Source: Felis catus
Taxonomy: Eukaryota
Assembly (NCBI RefSeq): GCF_018350175.1
Contig: NC_058368.1
Location: forward strand, 175,152,001-175,216,000
Length of the DNA stretch: 64,000 nucleotides
Reading direction: 5' to 3'
The notes beneath the pieces are model-generated. The model did not search any database, had not been told where the DNA came from, and was given only the letters and a program-made list of their open reading frames with translations. The translations under genes were made by a program, and so were the position numbers. Positions 24,783 through 37,439 of the stretch are shown piece after piece; positions within the stretch are counted from its first letter, which is position 1, and each line of letters begins with the position of its first letter.

Positions 24783-25028
24783 TTTTTATATTGAGTTTTT
24801 CCCTTTTACCAGTATGTGCTCTTATGTAATTAAATAAACAAATGGCATTTCGTTCAAAGAGACAACAACAAAATAGGGCACAGATGTTTCTGGGGACCCT
24901 GGGGTGGAAGGCGGGAGGAGCGAATTCACAGGGCTCTGGATAGAATGAGAGCAACCGGGGGCCGGACGCTGGACCGAGCCCCTGGCATAGGCATCTTTTT
25001 AACCCTCCACCAAATCACGTGATGTGAT

Positions 25029-25426
25029 GGTTACGAATTGAATGGTGTCCCCACAAAAGATACGAAGGGACTTTATTTGGAAATAGGATCTTTGAAAATG
25101 CTGAGATGGCGTCGGGAGGGTGGGCCCTATCCAATACTGAGAAGAGACACACAGAGGCACCCAGGGAAAATGCCGTGTGATGACAGAGGTACAGATTGGA
25201 ATAATGCGCCTACAAGCCCAAGGACGCCAGGAAATGCCGGCGGCACCAGAAGGTAGGACAGAGGCAGGGAAGAGGGTCTCCCCTCAGGCCTGCGGAGGGA
25301 ACGCAACCCCTCCGTGCCTCAACCTTGAACTTCTCGCCTCCGGCACCGTGAGACAGTGAGTTTCTGTTGTTGACCACCACCTAACGTGTGGTGGTGCTTT
25401 GTTACGGCAGCCCTGGGAAACGGATA
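25029..25426 (+). mobile_element. MaLR solo LTR (MLT1C-like)
   Basis: gaatggtgtcccc...ttatttggaaatagg...acaagcccaaggacgcc...tttgttacggcagccctgggaaac. Confidence 0.85.
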
Positions 25427-26478
25427 GTTATCGTTCCCATTTTGCAGGAAAGTAAACTGAGGCTCAGACAGGGAAAGAGGAGGATCCAGGCGACACTGTT
25501 AAGAGGTGGCTGAGCTGGGTTCCAAGGCGGCCGGGTGGGGAGCGCCTGGGGCTCTGTCTGAGCCCATGGGATTCCTTCCAGCGCCCCCACAGACAATAGT
25601 GCTCCTTTATACACTCCATTGGGTAGGCCGGCAGATCTATTTGACTCGCCTCCAATAACATGTACGAGGAGGATAATAAGAGGGCTGTGCCTAAGGCATT
25701 TGCCTCCCGAATGCCAATGGCAGTTTAGGGAAAAGCGCCTTCTGCTTGGTTCTTGGGCACGTTTCACGGACACACACTTTCGCCTCCCCACCTGCCAACC
25801 AACCGTTCCTGAGGGTCAAGCCTACCAAATCCTGAGAAAGGAAGAAAAAGTTCTTTTCCTCTGGCTGCCTTGGTGGAAGCTGATTCTGTGTGTATGTGGG
25901 GGGGGGGGGCGGGGTGAGGATGGGGATGGGGATCGGAGGCAGGGAACATTCCCTCAAGCTTTCCCTACCTCTGGCAGAACGGGCACCCCGTGGCCGAAGA
26001 GCAGGTCCAGAATCGGAGGCAAACACTCGGGGTGTATCCCCGTCCCTCCTTCTGTGTGTATCCAATCAGTATGCATTTATGAACCCCCCCCCAGAATGAC
26101 CAGAAGGCAGAAGGTGGCTCTTACCAATACAAGGTGGTCAACTTTGAATCCTCACAATATGGCCTTGAATTCATTACTCATTTTACAGCCCTGGAAAGGG
26201 AGGCTCAGAGAGGGGTGGTAACTTGCCCAGGCACACACAGCTTAATAAGAGGCAGAAGCAGACATGGACCTAGGCAGCATGACTCCAAGGCTAACCAAGC
26301 CCGGTGACTTTCCCCTGCACTTTGGAACCAGGCAGCCTGTGTTGAAATCCCCTGCAGATTCTGAGGCGTCAGGCTTCGGGCTATCAAACTTGGATAATAT
26401 TCACATCTACCATCAGATTGTCAGGAAGATTGACCAAATGCTTCCCTCAGTGAGCGTCTGGCATGCATCAGGACTTTA

Positions 26479-26693
26479 ATTTTTTTTTTTCAACGTTTAT
26501 TTATTTTTGGGACAGAGAGAGACAGAGCATGAACAGGGGAGGGGCAGAGAGAGAGGGAGACACAGAATCGGAAACAGGCTCCAGGCTCCGAGCCGTCAGC
26601 CCAGAGCCCGACGCGGGGCTCGAACTCACGGACTGCGAGATCGCGACCTGGCTGAAGTCGGATGCTTAACCGACTGCGCCACCCAGGCGCCCC
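26479..26693 (-). mobile_element. Young felid CAN-SINE
   Basis: TSD gcatcaggacttta at 26465-26478 and 26694-26707. Confidence 0.97.
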
Positions 26694-28679
26694 GCATCAG
26701 GACTTTATAGAGGAGGCGGTTATCATCCAGTCCCTGGCCTGCTTCTGAAACGTCTCTCTTTGCCCTTCCTCCTCATCAAGATCGAGATCCGGGAGGGGAG
26801 GACCTATCTCTTACAATTCTTCATCTCCCGCAGCTGATAGACACATAGTAGGTCCTCAGGACAGTCCTGCGGAGGCAATGGGATGATGTCAAAGCGACTT
26901 GGGGTTTGGCTCCAGGCAAGAGGGGCTTGGCGAGGGCACCTGGGGTCACATGGGGAGCTTGATGCCTCCTTCTTAAGATTGTCTGGAGGACTTACCAGAT
27001 CTCACGGGTCAAAAGTACCTGCAAAGCAAGGGCCCATTAAGTCTTTATTTTACTTTCCCTTTCTTCCGTTTGTTCTTCCTCCCTTTCTGAGCTTCCGGTT
27101 TCTCACCTACAAAACAAGGTGAATCGTAGGTCCGTCTGCCTGGGTCATTATAAACAAAGGGTGAAAGCCTCATATAAACTCTAAGGCCCTGGACCCACCA
27201 CTCGAAACTGAACTGAGAGAAAACATCTAGAAGCACAAAAATCACTTGAGTTTCCTGCCAGGGAGAATTGGGTCTATTTCCCGCCTACCTCCAATCAGAG
27301 AAGCCAGAGGCTAAAGGATATAATGCTTTCTTGGCCAGAAAAGAATGAAGTCCTGCCGAATGAAGAAAATTCTAACACACCTTCGCAGATGATTGTATCA
27401 AGTGAGAAATGGTTTCAGCTGAAGCTGTCTGAATAAATTACTGGCAGTCAGAGGGTGAGGAAATTGAGCTGCGAGCGCATTTATATAATGTATTTATATG
27501 TCAAACTTTGCTCCTGCTCTGTATATCTTTGTGGCTTTTGGACATAAGATATTTTACCAGATTCTCCTTCCCTCAGGAGGCAGTTGTGTAAGTTAGGAAA
27601 AGGCCCCAGACAAATCTCCAAGTAGAATATAAATTCTTCCCTCCTCCAATTTTGTTTTTTTGTAGGAAAAAAAAAAAAAGGTGCTTTACCGTTGAAATAC
27701 AAGTTCAGGGACATAATTTTTGAGGCTGAAGTGGAAAATATTTGAATGTAGCCTTCAGATGTTCTTCTTCTTCTCTTTCTCCTTGATAGACTCCTACACA
27801 TATGTCAAAGCCTGAATCAAAGTTGCCCTGTTCTGTGAACCCCCCCCCCCGCCTGCTGTTATTGCTAGTGGACCGCTCTGTCCTTGAACCACCTGTTATC
27901 AATCCCCCTGTCACAGTACAGAGCCCAGCACAAGACCTGCCTGTCATCTGGCAAGTGCTTAGCTAATGGCTTGATGAGTCATGTACCTGCTTTCATTATA
28001 GTAGAAGTGAACACAAAGATATGGAGAAACATGGGCTAGAAGATTGTTCTGAAGAAGGGAGGTGGGCCGAGAGGTGGCTTGTAACATTCTCGAAAAGCCA
28101 CCAGCAATGGACAGACAATATTAAGAAACGACCCATTCCATACTATGGAGGTCGATCGCATTGAATGCGAAGTCAACACCAAGTAAAAGTAGGAACAATC
28201 AAGACTCACACTGCAAATACTCCTAACTCCCCATAAATCACCAAAAACATGGCTTTGTGTCTCCAATCTCATAGACGGTTTTCTCTGTCATCTTTGGTGG
28301 TGACCCTCAATTCCCCGTTCAGTTTTCTCTTTGAAGAAGCAAGATTTTATTATTCCTCAAGAGTCTTGTCTTCACAAAACTGGATTCCACTCAACTGTGA
28401 TGGCTGAGAAGCCCATGAAATCCTCCCCACTCTTTCTGTCGGTGTGGGACACACACACACACAGACCATGTCAGGCAAGAGGCCCTCCCTGCATAGGGGC
28501 ACGTATTCACGAGCTAAGTGCTATTTGATATGATGTCACTGGCTCATGGTACGAGGAGTATTTCCATACTTATTTGTCTTTTCGTATAAAAAATACGACT
28601 TAACACTCTAGTTCCTTAAAATGTATATGTGCCACAAAATGTATATGCATCACACAAAGCATTTGCAAATGACAGAAAC

Positions 28680-28890
28680 CTCTTTCTCTCATTCTCCCTC
28701 TCTTCTCACCCAGGAGACAGGCTTCGCACATGCGTTGGACAACATGGTTACTGCCAGCCACAGAGCCACATTTTCCCAGCTCTGTAACTGGAATCACAAA
28801 GAAAACTCTTCCCTATGGTTCCAGCAGAAAATGCCCAGGGAAGGACTCTGATTGCTTCAACTTAGGTGGCATTCCTCTCTGTATGGTAAC
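28680..28890 (-). mobile_element. Old MaLR LTR fragment (MLT1J/K/L-like)
   Basis: ccagcagaaaatgcccagggaaggactctgattg motif. Confidence 0.55.
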
Positions 28891-29001
28891 AAGGTGCATG
28901 ATTAGGTCCTGGACAGATATGATGTTAACTTTGACAGTATATGATTTGCTAGACTTCAGGTAGATCCTGAAATCTAAACTCTCTAAAAAAATTTTAATTC
29001 C

Positions 29002-29214
29002 GGGACGCCTGGGTGGCTCAGTCGATTGAGCGGCCGACCTCGGCTCAGGTCATGATCTCGCAGTCCGTGAGTTCGAGCCCCGCGTCGGGCTCTGGGCTGA
29101 CAGCTCGGAGCCTGGAGCCTGTTTCAGATTCTGTGTCTCCCTCTCTCTGACCCTCCCCCATTCATGCTCTGTCTCTCTCTGTCTCAAAAATAAATAAACG
29201 TTAAAAAAAATTAA
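29002..29214 (+). mobile_element. Felid CAN-SINE
   Basis: TSD aaaaaaattttaattcc at 28985-29001 and 29215-29231. Confidence 0.96.
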
Positions 29215-29231
29215 AAAAAAATTTTAATTCC

Positions 29232-30212
29232 ATTGTCATTAATATACAGCATTATATTCGTTTTGGGTGTACAATAAATATAGTGATTCAACTCTTCTGT
29301 TCAACACTCAGTGCTCATCACAAGTGTCCTCCTTTTTTTTTTTTAATTTTTTTTGATGTTTTATTTATTTTTGAGACAGAGAGAGACAGAGCATGAACGG
29401 GAGAGGGTCAGAGAGAGAGAGGGAGACACAGAATCTGACAGGCTCCAGGCTCTGAGCAGTCAGCACAGAGCCCGACACAGGGCTCGAACTCACATACCGC
29501 GAGATCGTGACCTGAGCCGAAGTCGGACGCTCAACCGACTGAGCCACCCAGGCGCCCCACAAGTGTCCTCCTTAATCCCCATCACCTATTTCAACCATCC
29601 CCCACCCACCTCCCCTCTGGTAACCATCAGTTTATTCCCTATAGTTAAGAGTTCGGTTTTGGGTTTGTCTCTCTCTTTTTTTTTTATTCATTTGTTTTGT
29701 TTTTTAAATTCCACCTATGAGTGAAATCATATGGTATTTGTCTTTCTTTGACTGGCTCACTTTGCTTAGCATTATACTCTCTAGATCCATTCATGGTGTT
29801 GCAAATGGCAAGATTTCATTCTTTTTTACTGCTGAAAAATATTCCATTATATATACATTATATATATAATATATATTATAATATATTTATAATATATATT
29901 ATTAATATATTATAATATATAATATATATATATATCACATCTTCTTCATTCATCTGTCAATGGGCACTCACCTCACTTCATTAATTTGGCTATTGGAAAT
30001 CATACTGCAATAAACATAGGGGTGCATGTATCTCTTTGAATTAGAGGTTTTGTATTCCTTGGGTGGATCGTAGGGTAGCTCTATTTTTAATGTTTTAAGG
30101 AACCTCCATACTGTCTTCCTTAGTGGTCGCACCAGTTTGCGTTCCCACCAACAGTGCACAATCTCCACATCCCCACCAACACTTGTTGTTTCCTGTGTTT
30201 TTCATTTTAGCC
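29232..30212 (-). mobile_element. Carnivore L1 3' fragment (3' UTR plus ORF2 C-terminus) with nested SINE and (TA)n tract
   Basis: ORF 29968-30168(-) [31 protein letters not shown] matches the L1 ORF2 C-terminal HCWWxC region. Confidence 0.92.
29335..29558 (-). mobile_element. Felid CAN-SINE
   Basis: TSD acaagtgtcctcctt at 29320-29334 and 29559-29573. Confidence 0.96.
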
Positions 30213-30279
30213 TTGGAATTTGAACTTTTAAAAATTCCATATGTGATTCTGATGTGCACTCTCAATTGAAAATCACCGA
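30213..30279. mobile_element. MER5A-like end fragment
   Basis: gtgattctgatgtgcactctcaattgaaaatcaccg. Confidence 0.55.
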
Positions 30280-30495
30280 TCTATATGTATTAAATAGGTT
30301 ATTTAATACAGTATATCAAGTAATACAGAATAACATATTATGTTCCGCTATATTATATCTATTATGCTATGTTACTCAATAATATTATAATAATTATATA
30401 ATATAGTATAACATATTGTAATATACTATAGTGTAACATATTGTAATATACTATAATATAGTCTAGCCATGATAGTATATCAAGTAATATATTCA
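30280..30495. repeat. AT-rich low-complexity tract with a 25-bp tandem duplication
   Basis: tagt(a/g)taacatattgtaatatacta occurs twice at about 30404-30453. Confidence 0.85.
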
Positions 30496-33029
30496 AAGAG
30501 CCCAAACTGACTCAAAGCAATGAACTAATCTCTATATCCCATCACTACGTAGGCGTCTACTCTGTCCTAAGTTTAAATATGCAGACCAATAAGACTTTGA
30601 CCCCACCATTAAGGAGCTGCTGTTTAATGAGAGAGACAGATGCAAATAAAAAGTGACAACTGGGCATACAGTCTTGGCTATCTAAGTACACAGAGAAGGG
30701 AGCACAATGTGTTTGGCATAATTAGGGAAGTCTTTCTTGATGAGAGGGCATTTGAACTGAGTCTTAAGGGATAAATAGAAGCTCGCTACTTAGGTCAGGC
30801 AAAGAAAGCGTATTTAGCCACAAGGGAATGGGACGTTCAAGAATGTGATGGGGTACAGAGCCTAGTCCTTGCGTGTCACTTTTAAGTCAGGCTTCATGCG
30901 TTCAAATCCCAGCCTTCCCACTTTGCAGGTACGTGACCTCAGAGAGATACCCAAGTTCAATACCGTTTACATGCCTTAATCTTCTCCTTTATAAAATGGA
31001 ATTAGCAACCTCATTCTCGTGGGTCATTGTGAAGATCACACCAGTTGATGTTATAAAATTGGATTGCACACCAAAACTTTGAATCACACCAAGCTAGGTG
31101 TATCGTTGCTTGTTAATGGTCATCCTGGACAAGTGAACATTCTAGTCTCTGTTCCCTTAGGTTAAACATGCGGATCACAGCGGTGCAGATTTCAAGGGCA
31201 TTTCTGAAGCCTGAGCGGAAAATAATTCATGGAAAGTATTTGCCTGAGATCTGGTACATGACAAGCACTAAATGCACATTGCATATCGTGATGGAATAAT
31301 TACTCCGCAGAGTGCTTGGTTGTCACATAATAGGTGTTCAATTTTTTCTCCCTCTTACAGGGAAGCCTGGCCCATGGCTAGGAATTGCCATTGAAAATCG
31401 AGCCAAGCCACAAATCTCCACCAAGAGGCCGAGAGGGGACGGGGGAATAGCCCCCAGATCCATCCCTGTCAGGGTTGCATGTTGGGGGGCGGGGGGAGGT
31501 TGTCTCCATTGAATCCCGCTGAGCTTTCTCAGGCAGAGGCCCAGAGTCTAATGAATGGAAAACTGTCACACCAGGGCATTCATTCTGTGGAAGAGAATTA
31601 AAGCCCATTAGAAGAAAATACTTCAATCGGCTGGCCCACTCCTCACGGAGAGGCGTCCTGGCATATGTAACGGAATTACTAAACAGTAGGGATGGCACAG
31701 TCCTCCTTTCCTCGGGGTGTTGGGGAACCAGAAAGAATGTTCACACGGCCCGTACCAACAGGCAGCTGAATTATGCTAATAAGCAGCCATGCCTGCTGGG
31801 AATGCGCAGGCATGGAGTCAAGAAGGAACCAGAGCCTGGGCATCTCCACATCCAACAGGCTTAAGTGACTTGTTCTGTTTTCCAAGGCTTGCATTCAGGC
31901 CAGGAGGAGAGAAGGGAAAATCACATGGCCCAGGAACAGCCTGGAAGACTGTCACCAAACAGGTGACTTCTGCCCTTTGAGCCAAACGTCATCAAAGGGA
32001 GGACGGTAATGTCTATTGACGCCTTCCCTTTGCCAGGCTCCAGATCACCGTGGCCCCTCGGAACCGAGACACCGAGATAAGTGGGAAAGTAACGTGCCCA
32101 AGGTCAGCGTCGCTTTCCAACCAGGATCCGCCAGGGGCCAAGCATTGGCTCTTTCGCTGGAAAGAAGCTGGCTCCGATGCCCTCACTTGTTTCGGAGCCA
32201 TCCAGATGTGGGCGCTGCGGCCTCGTAGTCGTGTGACCCCGAGAGCCCTGATTTTCCCGATCTGCGAAATGGGACCCGCAACGCCTACTTCACAGGATCA
32301 TGGTGGGGATTCTGTTGCGATGAGGGCTATGGAAATACCGTGAAAACTCCACGTTGCCCGGGCACACATGCAGGGATGATTTTATTCTGCTCTCCCAGAG
32401 GGACTCAGAAACGGGGAGGGAGGGTGGCAAAGAGGGTGAAGAATTAACCCTTAAAGGTGGCAGCGGGTCCTTATCGGGCACCTACTCAAGGCTTAGCAAA
32501 ATCTTGGCGCACAAGGATGTAAAAGAAACGCAAGGCAGGGAGGTCTTAAAAGCCAGCACCGTGAGCCCTTCCAACGTGGTGTCAGCAGCCCAGGATTTCG
32601 CACTATTCACAGCTCCCGGGCCGGCATGGTGACGCATTCACCTGTCCACGACTGTGGGAGCGAACAAGGGGGCTGAAGTTCCAAGTGAGGCCACAGATCT
32701 GTGTGCAGGGTGGAGGATGGCTGGTGAGGCCTCTCCCCCCTTCCCTGCAGGCTCTTCTTCACCTGTGCTTGGGATACTCTGTCCTCAGGCCCAAGTGCCT
32801 TTCTCTTCTTATAAAACCGAGCGAGAAATGTGGGCGAGTACGGCGTGTGTGTTTTTAAGCTGAAAACCTCACTCGCGCGGTCGAGTGAGCAGCAGGTTCC
32901 AAAGCTGTGGGGCTCTGCCAGGAGGGAGAGGCTGGGGTCCTGGAGGGCCTCGCACAGGGCACCCTCTGCGCTGGGCCCCAGGAAATGGGGAGAGGTGGGT
33001 CGGCCGGGAGGCCTGTGGGGTGGGGACGG

Positions 33030-33720
33030 GCCAGGACACCGTCGCCAATCACAGGCCGGAGGCGGGAGAGTTTAATCTCCTTCAAGAAATCCCGAGAGTG
33101 TACAAAGTCGGGTGTGATATTATAAAAACCCTGCCGAGAGGTTTTAATGGGAGCGGACACTTCGGGAGCATTCTCTAGCTCCAATTTTCTCATTATAAAA
33201 CTGACCGTCGTGTAAGGAACACCCAATGCATATTTAATATCTCTAATATGTGGCTGCCTTTTAGCCTCCGGAGAAGGACAGGTATTCATTTTCATAAATT
33301 ACTTTTTAACTATTTTTTTTTTCCAAAGGGGGATGGGGGGAAAGAAAACAGAGACAAAACAGATGCCTTCAGCCCTTTGATCAGCCTCACTGCAGACGAG
33401 GAAAATGAATGGTTTGAACTCTGCAATTACAGTGCCTGCTGAAGGCCTGTCATCGGAGCCAGAGGGACCAGGTCCCGACCAGCTCTGCTACCCCCAGAAT
33501 TACAACCAGCGGGGCAGAGCGTTAAAGACCCCCTGTGGCCGGCGGCTTCCACGGCCCAGGAGCTCCGGGCCAGCCACCGGACCCCCTGCCCGCGTTCCCC
33601 CACCCCTGTTGCTATAAATACGGAAAACGAAGACCATATATATACACTGGCCGGGCCAGGCCAGACAGGAGAGAAAGAAGCAGGAGACAGCAGCCTTATC
33701 TCATGCCCGGGAGTCGGGGA
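33030..33720. promoter_or_regulatory. Candidate promoter/enhancer cluster
   Basis: CCAAT at 33045, GC box at 33058, TATAAAA at 33121, MEF2/TATA-like CTATAAATAC at 33612, TATATATA at 33637, GATA (cttatct) at 33695; repeat-free. Confidence 0.45.
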
Positions 33721-35339
33721 ATGCAACGGGAAAGGGAGGGGGGGGTGGAAGAGGCAGAAGGTCAGATTTCTGGAGCGTCCTGTGCGGAATGGGACCAGCC
33801 CATGCCCGGCTAGAGCCGCTTACCCGAATCCCTGAGAGCTTACAGGCTGCTTTGGGAGATAGTAAACACCGAGCGTTTCAGACTGCCCCGTTTCAGAAGG
33901 GAAAAGACGAGAGGGTGAGAAAGAGGAGAGTCGGGCCCTTATCCTCAGGCTCTGCCCCGGGCGATTTATGTGCACGGTCCCATGATATTCGGCCAATATC
34001 TCAACATACCCAGGGACCAGGCACGGTGCCAGGCACGTGGTAGGAGCCTGAAAAAAAAAAAAAGTCAGTTCGATAAATGAGGGATAGCCACATTTTTAGA
34101 AGACAAAATTGAAATTCGCAGAATTCAGTGACCTGCTCAAGGTCACCGGGTGGGAGGGCTAAAGGCAGGATGAGGACCCAGGTGGGCCTGCCCACAAAGC
34201 CAGTTCTTTCCAGAAGGGTGTGCTGCCTGAGTGAGAAGGGGTGGTGGACTTTCCAGGCAGGGAGTATGGGTCCGAGACTGTAACCTGACTCCCAGGGCTG
34301 GCACTGGGGTGAGACACTTGCTTCGGGAGCAGAATTTCAGGGGGCATTGAAAAAACTCGGCGAGCAAGATTGGTAATATTTTTAGTCCAATATTTTCCAA
34401 CCTCAAAGTTAATGCCCAAATCCATGATGAACAAAACACCAAATTTTAAAATGGACACCGAATCAGTTTTACTGATTACGTTTTGCCTCAGCCTCCAATG
34501 ACACTGTGGACTTCATTTGCTGTGTGACCTTGGGCATCCGTTTTCCCTCTCTGGACCTCAGTTTCCCAGTCTGTCCCCAAGGAGCAGACGAAAGGCTCCT
34601 GGGGCCCCTTCCAACTCCAGCATGCTGGTATAGGGGTTCAAGCCTCAGCCTGGCCCATCCGTGGTCGCTGCTGTGGGGGCGGGTGCCGCGGGGGCGTCTG
34701 CCCGTCTGCAGCGGTGAGGCTGGGGAAGGTAAGGGATGAGCACTCACTCCCAGAGGCCACTCGCCTGCCTGTCCTTGTGCAGCATCTGGGTTGAGTTTCA
34801 CAAGTGCCTCCCCAAGAATGTGAAGAAAGGCACTGGGAACCGAGGTCAACTGCAGACATGACGTTGGTACATTTTTGGCTCCGTGGGGGCTGGGATGGCT
34901 TGAGGGGAGTTCTGCTGGCTTTTCATGGCGACGGTGATGACAGCCTGTCATGAAGTCACTGATGGCTCCAGCCTGTCCTCCTGGGATGCCAGCTCTTGGG
35001 GTCACTTCTTTTCATTCATGTGGCTTTTTCATTTTCCCCCCCGCCCCCATTAGCAGAAATTCTTTTATTTTAAGAACAATGCGAGGGACAGCTGGAGAAC
35101 TGCTACAGTTATTTGCTTAAATTCTTCTGACATTTGCTCATTGCTTTGTAATTACATTTCTGATTTTGTCTTCTCCCACAAATTTGTACAATAGATTGGT
35201 TCCAGACATTCCCTAGCTCATTCATTCATTCAATTGCTTAAATAAAATTTACTAATACCTCCTGAGGGGACTAACATTGGTTGAGTGCCCCCTTGGCACA
35301 ATGCACCATGCAAGCCATCACGTATGGGTCCATCCATTG

Positions 35340-36400
35340 ACCCGTCCAGTTCCGGTACGTGTCAAGCACCCATTACGTCCCAGGTACCTGCGAGTTCTGG
35401 ATTTACACGATGGAGCAAACCAGCCACATTACTAGTCACGCAGGGCCGAGGACAGACTGATATTAACCAAACAGTAATAGGCACAATGTAGCTACCACCT
35501 CTGTGTTGGTTCCTGGAATGTGTCAACTTGACCTGGCCAAGGGGAGCCCAACTATTTGATTAAATATTATTCCCACGTATGTCTGTGAGGGCACCTCCAG
35601 ATAAGACTAGCTCTGGAATTTGGTAGGATGAGTGAAACAGGGTGCCCTTTCCACCACAGGTGGGCCTGATCCAATCAGTGGAAGGCCTGACTAGAACAAA
35701 CAAGGCAGAGGAAGGGAGAATTTACTCTCTTTCTGCCTGACTGTTGAGCAGGGGCGTAGATCTCCTCCTGCCCTCACACTGCCACTCACACCCTCAGTTT
35801 TCCTGGTTCTCAGGCCTTTGGACTCAGACTGGAACTACACCACTGGCTTTAATGGGCCTCCAGCTTATAAATGACAGATGGTGGGACTTCTTGGCCTCCA
35901 AAATCATGTGAGCCAATTCCTTACAATAAATCTCTGTATACATATGAACAAGATGTGTGTGTGTATGCTGTGTGGGTTTTTTCGGTTTGTTTGGCTGTTC
36001 ATTTTTGGGTTTTGTTCTCTGGACAACCCTCATACTACCTCCTGAGAAGAGCCAGGAAGAAAAATCACACAGTGCTCTGAAAGCACGTGGCAGGAGTATC
36101 AGCTCGGTCCAGGGGCGAAGGGAAGCTTCTCCCAGCAAGTGGTTAATAAAGCTCGGATGTTAGAGATGGCCAGCAGTGAACTAGGTGAAGAGGGGGAGGG
36201 AAGTTCATCTGGTACAGAGAATAGCGTGTGCAAAGGTCCTGAGGTAGGCACATGGGTAAATATGAGAAATTGGAACAAGGTTCAGTGGCTAGAGTGCAGA
36301 GATCCACGCGACTTGGTGTGGAATCAGGCGGAAGAGGTACAAAAAGGCCAGATCGTGCAGGGGGCTTCACAGGCCATGTTGAGAGGGTTGGGTCTTGACA
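35340..36400 (-). mobile_element. L2 fragment split by the MLT2 LTR
   Basis: tcaagcacccattacgtcccagg before the LTR; gtacagagaatagcgtgtgcaaaggtcctgaggtagg after it. Confidence 0.65.
35502..36036 (+). mobile_element. MLT2 (ERVL) solo LTR
   Basis: tgtg...tgtgtcaacttgac...atccaatcagtggaaggcctga...ggactcagactggaactacaccactgg...aataaa...ctctggacaaccct; 5-bp TSD ACCTC at 35497-35501 and 36037-36041. Confidence 0.92.
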
Positions 36401-36969
36401 TCACTGTCTTGACTGTACTAGATTTTAGTGTTATGGCTCTTGTTACCACGATTTTTCAGATGAAGAAAATAAGGCCCAGAGAGGTTCATTCATTCATCCA
36501 TTAACTATTTACTGAGCACCTACTATGTTTCAGGCACTGTGCTGGGAGCTGGGGAAATAGCGGTGCCTGGACAGGCAGGGTCTCTCCGCTGGGCACCTTC
36601 ATGCATGCACATGCCACAGGCAGGATGAGGACTTGGGCCTACCTGTCCCAAAGGCTTTGCTCTCTGCCTGCCTATGGCTTACTGGCCCCCACCCTGGGAT
36701 GAAAGATGCCCAGCGTCCTCTCCATCAGGTGCTCAGGGTGTAGTGGTGAAGTAGGGGACCCAATGCCTCCCCTCTGTGGTCCGTTCCCTGGGCGCATACC
36801 CAGCGTGTCCCTTCCAGGAGTCACGGCCACACCCCAAATCTCCCAAGAAAGAATCTGAAACCTACAAGCCGGCTTCTGACCCTGACCAGCAAAGTGGCAG
36901 AGGAAACCCCCCTATCCCTACCAGATCTGGACCAGATCTGGACCCCCTCCCATCTCGTTTTTATTTCCC

Positions 36970-37378
36970 AGAACTGAAAATGGTCACAAATTCTTCTCTG
37001 CTCCATTCTGCGAGGGGCAGGGGCTATGTCTCCGCTTCCTTACCCTGGGCTGTCCTCGGGACTTACTTTGACCAATGCGATCAGAGTGGTGGAAGTGACA
37101 AGTGCCAGCCTTGTCCTCCATGCTCTGGGAAGCAGCACCTTAAAGTGAAGTAGCTCAGGCTAATCTGCGGAACGAGGGGAGAATATGTGGAGGGGGAGGG
37201 GGCGGAGGGCCCCAAGGAGCAGGCTGAGCTGGCTGAAGGCAGTCCCACCAGCAACCCAAGGCCAGACCGGCAGAGGACGTGTGCAGTGAAGCCTCAGACT
37301 CCTAAACAGTATCGGCTCATTCTGTTTTAAGCCCCAAAGTTTGGCGGTGGTTTGTTGTCCGTGGAGAGGTAAGGGACA
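36970..37378 (+). mobile_element. MaLR LTR (MLT1F-H-like)
   Basis: aaaatggtcacaaattctt...gacttactttgaccaat...ctgttttaagccccaaagtttggcggtggtttgtt. Confidence 0.7.
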
Positions 37379-37439
37379 CCCTGCGTTTACACCTCAGGGA
37401 GAAACGTAAAGAACGATCTACGGAGAGAGGACACGTGTT

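Noticed and set aside
29968..30168. ORF with HCWW...LPYDP (also 2561-2791 and 11493-11768)
   Set aside because: Frameshifted remnants of L1 ORF2, not host genes or active elements.
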